Origin: Octopus vulgaris
Taxonomy: Eukaryota
DNA length: 64,000 nt
Assembly (NCBI GenBank): GCA_951406725.2
Contig: OX597826.1
Span: 4,650,001-4,714,000, forward strand
Direction: 5' to 3'
The notes beneath the pieces are model-generated. The model searched no databases, was not told the origin of the DNA, and saw only the letters and a program-made list of their open reading frames with translations. The position numbers were made by a program, and so were the translations under genes. Positions within the stretch are counted from its first letter, which is position 1; every line of letters begins with the position of its first letter. Below, one piece after another: positions 52,239-64,000 of this stretch.

Positions 52239-53264
52239 ATTAATTTTTGCCTAACGGAAGTGTATAAGTGTGTGCGTGTGTCTGTGTGTCTGTCTGTGAA
52301 GTGCCCTGTGGCAGTTCTGTACAGTGTCCTCACTTCTATGTGTAGCAAATTTGAACCGTATTCAATTTTACTTACCGTCCTTTATTAAATCAATGAAACA
52401 CTATTGCAGGATTAGTTTTAATAGGGGTTTTTTTAGCAGTGGTAGATATTGTTGTTGTACTTTCTCCATTAATCGATCAGACTTGAACAAATGCATTTAA
52501 ACCATGACTTGTGTATTTTTTTTTTATTATTCCTTTATGATTTATGTGCCCTTGACTTCATTAAGACACTGGTGTCGAGAAACCATGTTAAGGCTTTCTA
52601 GTTGACTGGTCAATCATTGATATCGTAAAACTAAGATAATAGAAACGTCGCGCTCTCGCTTTAAAAGTTTGTGAAATACAAGGGGGGAAATACATGCATA
52701 GATAGATAATTTGATGGATAAAGAGACACAGAGAAACACAGAAAGACATAGATTGCTAGAGAGATAGAGAGATAAAGAGAGTGTTTGTGTTTGAAGGAGA
52801 GACGCATGAATGAAACAAACAAAAGATTAAATGAAGTAAGTATGGGTTATCGTTACATGAGTGTGAACGAGAGGATGAAATTAAGGTCACAAGAGCCTTC
52901 CTTTTTTTGAATGTCAGCTATGGTCTCTCTCTCTCTCTCTCTCTTTCTTTCTGCCTCTCTCCTCGAATTCCGCTCGACAATATAATTGTAAAAGACATTG
53001 TAATTATTGAAGAAGTAGAAGAAAGAGTAGAAAAGGGGGAAAAGAATAAGACAGAAAAAATGAAAGTAAAGAAGGAAAGGTGCCCCCCCCTCCCAACTGA
53101 TTTAGAGTTTATGAATAAAACAGAGGTGGATAGTTTTGTTGTCAAAGACAGACGCCATGTCAGGATAAACTCGGGAATAACAATAATATGGAACACGAAT
53201 ACTTATGGAAACAATGAATGGCGTGGTTGTGGTTCTGGTCGTGGTAATTGTAGTTGCTGTTGTT

Positions 53265-53492
53265 GCTTTTCGATTCAGTTACTATTCTAGGGTCATGCTG
53301 GAGCACTGCTTTCAAGAGTTTAGTCAAACGATTTGACACATCCCTCCGAGTACTTTCTTTTTTTCAAAGCCTGATACTTATTCGATCGGTCTCTTACGCC
53401 GAACCGCTAATGTTCCGAAGTCGTAAGCAAATCAAGAATGGGTGTAAGCGGTGTGTGGTGGGGGTGCAGAACAAACACGCACACACACACAC
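53265..53492 (-). mobile_element. Degraded SINE family A 3' half
   Basis: ggtcatgctggagcactgc...tacttattcgatcggtctcttacgccgaaccgctaa. Confidence 0.75.
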
Positions 53493-53702
53493 AACTTCTT
53501 AACACACAGTAGGGTCTACGCAAGTACTGGCTGGTGCGTCCGCAAGGTGAGGTTATCAGCGACAGTGTTTAAGGGACCTTAATAGGACTAATGTTAAGGG
53601 ACCTTAATAAAACCAGTTAGTTGTTTCTCAATCTGGATAGTTGTAGCAGACTTACAGATGACGATATACATCAGAAACATTTACTTATTTATGTATATGT
53701 TG

Positions 53703-53736
<34 letters not shown>

Positions 53737-53737
53737 G

Positions 53738-53907
53738 AAGGCGGTGAGCTGGCAGAATCGTTAGTGCACTGGACGAGATGCTTAGCGGTGTTTCGACCGT
53801 CGCTACGTTCTGAGTTCAAATTCAATGAAACACATGGGTCGATATAATCGACTAGTACCCACCCCACAAATATGAGGCCTTGAGATCCAGTAGAAAGGAT
53901 TATTATT
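53738..53907 (+). mobile_element. SINE family B with an internal deletion
   Basis: aaggcggtgagctggcagaatcgttag...gagttcaaattc | gggtcgatataatcgacta...tagaaaggattattatt. Confidence 0.85.
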
Positions 53908-53925
53908 GTTATTATAAATTATTAT

Positions 53926-53966
<41 letters not shown>

Positions 53967-53978
53967 TCATCATCATCA

Positions 53979-54385
53979 AAGGCGGCGAGCTGGCAGAAAC
54001 GTTAGCACGCAGTCCTTAACCGTATTTCGTCTGCCGTTACGTTCTGAGTTCAAATTCCGCCGAGGTCGACTTTGCCTTTCATCCTTTCGGGGTCGATAAA
54101 TTAAAGACCAGTTACGTTGTGGGGTCGATGTAATCGACTTAATCCGTTTGTCTGTCCTTGTTTGTCCCCTCTGTGTTTAGTCCCTTGTGGGTAGTAAAGA
54201 AATAGGTATTTCGTCTGCCGCTACGTTCTGGGTTCAAATTCTGCCGAGGTCGGCTTTGCCTTTCAAACCTTTCGTCCTTACCGAAGTTCGTAAAGTATGT
54301 ACCCACAAGTACGTGGATTCATATAACTGACTAATCCCCCTCCTCTCAAAATTAGTACCAAAATGAGGAAGCATGACAATTATTA
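53979..54385 (+). mobile_element. SINE family B followed by a head-less second unit (184-bp period)
   Basis: Unit 1 at 53979-54205; gtatttcgtctgccg restarts at 54206 (first seen at 54022). Confidence 0.9.
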
Positions 54386-55117
54386 CCATCAATCATTAAC
54401 ATTGCTGAATTAAGATAATGTCGATATTGGGTGTGGTGGTGATGGTAGTGGTGGTGGTGGTGGTGGTGGTATCGATGGTGGCAATGACAACGAGGATGAT
54501 GGTGTTCATGATGATGATGACAATGTGGCCCACGACGGTAACGACAGCGAAGTACACAACGACTATTATGACAATGGAAATGACGACGTAAAGTCTACCA
54601 AAAGAGTCAAGAAGAAAAACATTTTTAAAAGTCATGGCGATGAGAAAACACATATTGAACATATTGAAGAAAGAGAAAAAAAAAGCACCTTAATCAACAT
54701 ATAATCATCATGATCTACGTCAGCATCTGCATCCTCCTTATCGTCGTCATCATCATCGTCATTCTCGTCATCATCTGTCACATACGCAATTGTGTGGTTG
54801 CAACTGAAAATGTTCCTATTGTATTTGAAAACAATATGGCTGCCTGTGGGTTGGTGAAGTAGCATATGTGAATATGTATTCGTATATTTATGAATATATG
54901 TGTGTGCGCGTGTGTGTATGTATGATTGCTTAGGTAGTGCGTGTGTGTGTGTGTGTGTGTTTTGTGGGCATATGATTCATGCATATATGTATGTGTACAT
55001 GTATGTATGTGTGTGTATGTGTGCATGCGTCTGCGTATATGTTAAGCTTATACATATGCTCAGACACACGTACGCATTTATGTATCTGTGTGCATGTGTA
55101 TTTATGTGAAAGTATAA

Positions 55118-55169
<52 letters not shown>

Positions 55170-55299
55170 CATACATATATATATATATGCATTTATATGT
55201 ACATATCTATATTGGCGTATATCTATATATATATATGCATATATATATATATATATATACACACATATGCATATATAAATGCATATATATATATGTGTG

Positions 55300-55339
<40 letters not shown>

Positions 55340-55806
55340 TATATATATATATGTACGTGTATATATATGCACACACATGCGCCATGCTTGTTGGCCTGTC
55401 GAGGCTTTTTTACATGTGCATGTCCCTGTGAGCAGAGATACGTGTGTGTCTGTGTGTGTGTGTGTGAGTGGTTTTAAATATGGCGAGCGAGTAAGTGTGC
55501 ACGTGTGTGATATGAATAGCAAAGCGGGGGGTATTTCACATGTTTCAGGTCAGAGGTGACAGGAGATTTTTTAAAACACACCGCTGCCAACGACAGAACG
55601 AACAAAGACGCATTCACTCAATATTTACTTACATTCACACGCGCGTGTGTACACATACATAATTCACTCACGCACACACGCACACACACACACACGCAAA
55701 GTTACACACACGCACATACACGCCTACGCGCTGATACTTACACTCATATTAACATGTACACACACATATGCTTACAATTTTTCAAGTATTCTATAGATAC
55801 ACACAT

Positions 55807-55809
<3 letters not shown>

Positions 55810-55860
<51 letters not shown>

Positions 55861-55866
55861 CGTATA

Positions 55867-55904
<38 letters not shown>

Positions 55905-56080
55905 TATATGTATATATATGTATATATATACATATATATATATGTGTATATATATATGTATATATATATGTGTATATATATGTATATATATATACATATA
56001 TATATGTGTATATATATGTATATATATATACATATATATATGTGTATATATATGTATATATATATACATGTATATATATG

Positions 56081-56111
<31 letters not shown>

Positions 56112-56168
56112 GTATATATATATACATATATATATGTATATATATACATATATATGTGTATATATACT

Positions 56169-56210
<42 letters not shown>

Positions 56211-56435
56211 TATATGTATATGTATGTATATATATACATGTATATATATGTGTATATATATATATGTATATATATACATATATATATATGTGTATATATA
56301 TATATTTATATATATATATTTATATATATATATTTGTATATATATATGTATATATATATAATTATATATACATATATATGTATATATGTATATACTTATA
56401 TTTATATATATATGTATATATATATATAATTATGT

Positions 56436-56482
<47 letters not shown>
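55810..56482. repeat. About 670-bp degenerate (TA)n array
   Basis: Direct reading. Confidence 0.97.
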
Positions 56483-56485
<3 letters not shown>

Positions 56486-56696
56486 TCAGACAAGGGGGTA
56501 TAGTGAAGAAGTTCTTTGCAAATTGACCAATAATGTGAGTGGACAACAGCAGACGGTAAGTGTGTGTGTGTGGGAGGTCTGTAACGCATGTGTGTGATTC
56601 TATGTACATGTTTGTATTTATGCGTAGTGGTCTGGAAAAAAGAAAATGAAAGCAAAACAAAAAACAAAAGAAAAGCAAAACCAGTGTTGTCTCTTG

Positions 56697-56812
56697 ACAA
56701 TAAGTACCAGGATGAAGTATGTTCGAGAATCAGATCCGATTGGCAAAAAACTCAGAAAACGGTACCACAATTGGCTGCGGTCCAATTACCGAAGACAATA
56801 AAAGAATAGATA
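56697..56812 (+). mobile_element. Very degraded SINE family A 3' end
   Basis: aataagtaccagg...ggctgcggtccaattaccgaagacaataaaaga. Confidence 0.4.
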
Positions 56813-56839
56813 CCCACTCGCGTGCACACATACTTATTT

Positions 56840-56885
<46 letters not shown>

Positions 56886-56906
56886 AAAAACACACTCACA
56901 CAAACA

Positions 56907-56948
<42 letters not shown>

Positions 56949-57405
56949 CACACACACACACACAAACACACACACATACACACACAATACATATGCACAA
57001 GCGCACATAACTTCATATATGCGTATATACTAACTACAAATAGAAAAAAAAGATCTTAAATATGGTTCCATATTTAGTTCATATATGTGCGTGTATATCT
57101 GTGTGTGTGTGTGTGTGTATATATGTACATATATGCACACGTTGATGTGTTATTAATTTCCGCGATGATGATGATGGTAATGGTGGTGGTGGTGGTGGTG
57201 ATGGTGGTGATGGTGGTTGCGGCTGCTGTAGTAGTGTGACGATGACAAGGGTGGCATTATGTTGGTGATTATGATTATGGTGAAATTCAAGATGCTACAC
57301 AAGGTCTTTTGTTCTTCAGAAAGCTGTTGGCATGCTCAACATGACGTCCGAACCAAACTACCAGCACATGTCTGCTATTTCTTCATAACGAGTTAAAAAC
57401 GACAC

Positions 57406-57516
57406 ACATACATACATACACACATACATACATACATACATACATACATACATACATACATACATACATACATACATACATACATACATACATACATACA
57501 TACATACATACATACA
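57406..57516. repeat. (TACA)n microsatellite
   Basis: Direct reading. Confidence 0.95.
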
Positions 57517-57686
57517 TGCATGCATACATACATAAATGCATACATACATACATACGTACGTACGTACCCACACGCAAACATACACATAGGCGGACAGATC
57601 GGTAGAAGAGACAGCCAAAGTTTTGGTATATATGTGTGTGCGTGTGTGTCGAGTATGTATGTTATGTGTGTCTGTATGTGTGAATA

Positions 57687-57755
<69 letters not shown>

Positions 57756-57802
57756 ATAGATAGATAGATACATAGATATTTACACAAATATGCGCATATG
57801 CA

Positions 57803-57856
<54 letters not shown>

Positions 57857-58005
57857 CGCATGCATATGTGTATATGTGCGTGTTTATATCAATGTGTATA
57901 TGTGTGTTTAAGTTCCTGTATATACAGGAGTGTGTTTATGTATGCCTGTTTGAAAACACACGCATACACATACATACATATATACTTACATACATACACA
58001 CAGAC

Positions 58006-58056
<51 letters not shown>

Positions 58057-59149
58057 GCGCGCGTGCCCGCACACTCACAGAGAGGCAGGCAGACAGCAGA
58101 GACTGAAAGATAGGCTCATATATATGCATAAACCTATAGGTAAATTTGTAGAGGATGAGATACAAAATTTCGAGAAATAGTAACAAAAAGAAGATAGCGT
58201 AGTCAGAGAAGGAGTGACTGCTTCAGCGGAGAAGCGAGAGTAACAAGAGGAGAGAGCGAAGCGGGATTAGAAGAGATGGAAGATCTATGCGGCAGGGGGC
58301 TAGAATTGAAAGTTTTCGGGGGTATTTGCATGTGCGTGCTGTAATTACTGCGGAATTCCATATGGCCATGTCGAATTTGTGAGTACACCATTGTGGTTTG
58401 GATAGGGTTTTGGGTCCATGTGGGGATGATATTCGCAGGGTGATTCATTGATCAATTATGTATCTATCTTTGTATGTGTTTGTGTGTCTGCGCGTGCGTC
58501 GAGACGATGGCATGAGTGTGCGCGCGCCTGCGTGCGTGTAAGTGCCTGTGTGTATCGTGTATAGTAGATCCCAATGAGAGTGAAAGTGTGAGAGAGAGAG
58601 AGAGGGAGAGGCAGAGATGCAGGGAGGAAGAGAGTGAGACGGAGATAGAGAGAAAGACAGCAGAACGAAGGAGTGTAAGCCAGAAGGAATGGAGGACAGC
58701 GTGACATAGAGGCCTAGAAAGAAATATGGATGAGCGTTATACATATATGCCACACAACGTAGATTATATATATATATATGCACACACACACACGCAAATA
58801 TGTCATGTTCCAGAATGAACGTTTGTCCGACAGTGAATATATGTACACACACGCTCACGGACACACATATAGACATATGACATACACATAGACATATAGA
58901 CGTGTGTTTGTGTGTGTGTGTGTGTGTGTTTGTGTGTGTGTGTGAGTATCAGTGAGTGATTGAAGGAAAGAAAGTAGCACTCGCCACACTGAACTGCAGA
59001 TTTACTCAGCTCCACATTACTTAAAATTTCGGACACCCATACACAAACACACACACACATATATATACATATATATATAGATATATAGATAGATTTGATA
59101 GGTAGATAGATAGATAGATATATAAATAGATAGATAGATAGATAGATAG

Positions 59150-59228
<79 letters not shown>

Positions 59229-61084
59229 CAGAAGGAGGTTGAGGAACGATAGGTGAAAAAAAAACAAAGAACAGAATCACAGAAACTGTCTATAGAATTA
59301 TGGACGAAAGGGATAAAATGTACAGAGAATGAAACATATAGGATATGTATGAGAGAGGTGGGGTGAGAGGAGTGAGAGCGAGAGTTGAAAGGATTGCGGC
59401 GAAGTTTAAAGTGAGGCACAATAGCGTCCCACTTATAAACTCCCTGATGCACCGAAATGGGCATCAACAGATAACTAGAAACGCCCCATTGAATTCAAGA
59501 ATTGGCACTCCATACATGTTCCCTAATTCCTTTGAGAACAGATGGCACGATCGCATCGTGACAGAATACACTCTGCTCCCAAATAAATACAGAAAAGAAA
59601 AACAAGAAGTGAAATAAAAAATAATAAATATATAAATAAAATATGTAAATAGAGATACAAAAAAGAAATAATGATACACATAATGAGATACTTCCCTTTT
59701 CGTCATCAGAGGTATTTATTCTTCAGTCGGGTGGGAAAGTCTTTTATATTTCTTCAGAGGCAATGAGTATGAGTCAGGGGGTTGGTTCGTGCGGTGAAGT
59801 CGCTTTATAGTTTCTAGGGATTGAATTTCAGTAAAACATAAAAGATTACAATATATTTGCACGGAAAATGATGTGTTCCTGTGATATTTATCTATATATA
59901 TGTATACATATGTGTTTAGTGCGCCACTGTTTATGTACGTATGAGTGTGACCGTGTTTAGAATTTCTGTTTATATTTAATTCGTTCATTTTTATTTAACT
60001 CGTTCGTTTACGTTCAAAGTACACACTTAAAAGAGCCCACGATACGGATGAGAAATTCTCCTTATAAACCATGTATGTGAACACATATCGAGCTGAGCTA
60101 TGACTGATGTTATCGACTTGTAGAACAGGTGTTTCTGGGTCGCTACGCTTCAACAGCTGAAGGTGTTAAATTCATCGTTTGTAGCCCGCTAAGAATTGCC
60201 GTTTTACAAGGAAACAGCAAGTATAAAATTCGCTGGAGTGTGCAAAGCTTTGTCAAGCTGGAATTAACAGCACGCTAAGTAACGGTGATCAAAATAAAGA
60301 TGCGTACACGTTTATATTTAACATATTCATGATCGCTCAAATGTAGAAAGACCTTCGCTACGATTATAGTATCAGACGATAAACGTAAAATGATATCTTT
60401 GCTGTTCATCACATTTGTGACAGCAATATCAAGAATTAATGTAAACCAATTTTTGATATATACAGAAGTGCGAAAAAGTGACTGTGTTGAAAACGAACGT
60501 AGAAATGATATCTATATAAATATTAAACGCTGCTGATGCAGTTTATCCATGTTAAGTAAAACACACAAAATGCGATTTTGCATTAATCCTGTTGCTAATA
60601 ACGAAATTTCACAATCTGCTGGTTATTTGCGTTACCAGTAATTTGTTTATCATTTTTTTCTATATCACTGGAGCTAAATTTGTCTAAGTATGCAGTTGCT
60701 AGTGGCTACTTGCTTCTGATAACGCTCAAAGTAGTAGAAATCTGGATTTAGCATTTCCACCGGCTCCATTGAATGTTTTTTTGTAATGCAACTTATATAC
60801 TTCTTCGCTTACCTGATTCGTTCTTGTAATGACGAATATCGCAGTTTTCTAGCTTTCTACAGTATAGCCAAGTTAAATAAGATATACAGAATGATATAAA
60901 TATGTCTTTAGAACTTAAGAAAATCTTGAACGTAGGAGAATAGCTGTGACTATGGATTTTAGAAAATCGAGTAAAGTGCTCATACAAACAATTTTCCATC
61001 TATAAGGATGCATCGTAAAAGCCATTGATACTACTATTCTCTTGCGCTCAAGATTTTCTTAATATCTAGATATATATATATGCC

Positions 61085-61436
61085 CAGGTGTGGCTCTAAG
61101 GTAAGAAGCTTGAATGTAAACATCATGGTTCCGGAATTAGTCTCACTGCGTGGCACCAAAGCCTTGCGAGTGGATTTGATGGACAGAAACTGACAGAAGC
61201 ATATCATATATATGTGTGTGTCTGTGTTTGTGCTTGTTCCCCCACCAACGCTTGACAACCGATGTTGGTGTATTTATGTCCACGTAGCTTAGCAGTTCAG
61301 CAAAAGATATCGATAGAATAATTACCAGATTTCAGAAAATAAGTACTGAGGTTTATTTCTTTCACGAAAATTCTTCAAAGCGGTGCCCTAGCATGGCCGT
61401 CAATTAAAGACTGAAACAAATAAAAGATAAAAGATA
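61085..61436 (+). mobile_element. SINE family A, degraded, with an internal deletion at ACC microhomology
   Basis: ctgcgtggcACC-aaagccttgcgagtggatttg lacks the ttgggcaagtg...ggccg segment; tail taaaagataaaagata. Confidence 0.88.
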
Positions 61437-61503
61437 TGTCACCCGCCTGACACTTCTATGTTTGTCTATAAAAATGTTCTTGCCTACGCATGCTCGCACG
61501 CAC

Positions 61504-61552
<49 letters not shown>

Positions 61553-62013
61553 TACACGCACACGCGTACACGCACACACATATATAATGTGTGTGATACA
61601 GGTCTTACATGTAAGTGTTAGCGTCAATCTGACGAACGAGAAATCCGTTCCTGTAGTGGGCGCTTGACCATTCATTTCAGGTAAAGTTCTTAGTAAACCT
61701 GACACATAAAACAAATATGTGACTTTTATTGTTCCTGAAACACAACAAGGCATACAAGGCAACGAGGTGCAAGTATGATAGCGTCCGAGCTTTTGTTGAT
61801 TAGTCATATATTTATTAAATCATAGGAAGTTAGATACGGTGCACTCGTTTTTCAAGATTTGAAACCAACGATATTTAATGAAACAATAGCGTCATCAGAT
61901 ACTTTTTAAGCTGAACAATGTGCATGTGGACTTGGCAATCGATTGAAGCTATTTTTATCTACACTCTCTTTCACTCATACACACACACATACACACACAA
62001 ACACACACACAAA

Positions 62014-62130
62014 CACGCACGCATATGTATATATGAGTATATATATATATGCATATGTGTATATATTCGAATTTTCATTTTGATTTTTTACTGTATTTTT
62101 TTTTACTTCTAGTGTATATTTAAGTATTAC

Positions 62131-62196
<66 letters not shown>

Positions 62197-62333
62197 AGCA
62201 CGCACGCATATGTATATATGAGTATATATATATATGCATATGTGTATATATTCGAATTTTCATTTTGATTTTTTGCGGTTAGTTTTTTACTTCTAGTGAT
62301 TTATATTTCAGTATCACAGTACATACACACACA

Positions 62334-62400
<67 letters not shown>
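62014..62400. repeat. Tandem duplication with a period of about 185 bp
   Basis: cacgcacgcatatgtatatatgag...ttcgaattttcattttgatttttt starts at both 62014 and 62199. Confidence 0.9.
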
Positions 62401-62479
62401 ATTACGCATATACACATATGACTAGCATGTGGTACTATTAAACCGCACCCATAACCCTGAAAAGTGTGGTTTTTCAACA

Positions 62480-62670
62480 GTGTTAGAAATGCCAGCAAAA
62501 ATTCTTCTAAAACCGCTCAAAACCATTGAAGGACATATTGGATAATGTATTATCCTGGTTCCACTATGTCTGGAAAAATAATGGAATTGTCACGGATGGA
62601 ATGCCTTTGAACATAAACTCTGCTCTCGCAGGGACGACTCGAGGCCGAAGAAGAAAACAAGATTACAAAG
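62480..62670 (+). mobile_element. Old dispersed repeat (family I)
   Basis: ttagaaatgccagcaaaa...ggacatattggataatgta...gtcacggatggaatgcctttgaacata. Confidence 0.5.
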
Positions 62671-63022
62671 CAATATTTTTATTTAAAACTTCCTCATTTT
62701 TTGCATATTTTATAATCGTTCTTAAATTATTGCGGTTTCTTTCACTCTTATCAGTTTAGCTGCTTTCCTTTTCTATACACTGCCATGTGTTCTTTCTTTC
62801 TTTCTTTTTCCCATTTCAAAGACTTCTTCTTAAAACTGGGTGGTAGATTTTAAATCTTGGCTCTTTGTAAGGCTTAATCCGTTGCCTTGTTTCGAAGCCG
62901 CCATCATCACCATCACCCCCACCACCACCATCACTTCCATCACTGCACCCCACCAGCTGGCCCTTCATTGCCTTTTACTGGTGGGTTCTAAGTTTCTTTG
63001 TTGCAAACCCTTAATCAATGTT

Positions 63023-63595
<573 letters not shown>

Positions 63596-63624
63596 TGTAT
63601 ATACGTGTGTGTGTGTGTGTAATC

Positions 63625-63770
63625 TACGAGGCGTGGCTGAAAGACTCAGTAAATAAAAATGAGTCATGAAAATTATCCTTCAACCTTAGTCTGAGACATG
63701 TACCTTTTAAAAATGGTTTTAATTAAGACAACAACTTTTACTCGATCTAGCTCATTTTTTGTTTTTACTA
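63625..63770. mobile_element. Possible degraded Tc1/mariner terminus
   Basis: TA-CGAGGCGTGGCTGAAAG resembles the mariner TIR start (TA-CGAGGG...); no partner TIR seen. Confidence 0.3.
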
Positions 63771-63835
63771 AGTCGTATATCTTTCCTTTTGTGCTGTTCT
63801 TTATTATACAGTCTTTCAGTGTCATTTCTTTCTCT

Positions 63836-64000
63836 AAGGCGGCTGACAATCGTTAGCACATCAAACAAAACTTATAGCAGTATCTCTTCGGGTTCTGGGC
63901 TCAAATTGCCGTTGTGAGCAACTTAGTCATTCATCCTGACTGGGCTAATAAAATTAAGTACCAGTCAATTACTGGGGTCGATGTAATCGACTTGCCTCTC
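63836..64000 (+). mobile_element. SINE family B, degraded, running off the window end
   Basis: aaggcgg...atcgttagcac...aattaagtaccagtcaattactggggtcgatgtaatcgactt. Confidence 0.8.

Noticed and set aside
55556-56503. Longest ORF (315 aa) and the many YI/HT/CV/SL-repeat ORFs, including 62840-63622
   Set aside because: Translations of stop-free microsatellites with no domain-like content
61629-61650. CTGACGA followed by a hairpin
   Set aside because: No GAAA after the stem; not in a repeat context

Overview
AT-rich, microsatellite-saturated animal DNA with no recognisable host protein-coding exon, so probably a large intron or intergenic region. The repeat families look like those of Octopus or another coleoid cephalopod (recognised from memory, not searched). 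Nearly all ORFs in the track are microsatellite or SINE artefacts. The window holds many tRNA-derived SINE copies from about five families, a 5'-truncated RTE LINE with a 12-bp TSD, a fossil CR1/Jockey-type LINE end, a Helentron/DINE-like element, and several local inverted or tandem duplications. The most interesting signal is a set of short (100-210 bp), mutually unrelated elements embedded in (TA)n microsatellites that carry minimal type-I hammerhead-ribozyme folds. These are clear at 18214, 31918, 34873 and 35196, and degenerate at 389, 20719, 26518 and 35911. They are consistent with microsatellite-homing Penelope-like pLTR or retrozyme-type elements. All coordinates were read by eye and may be off by a few bases.
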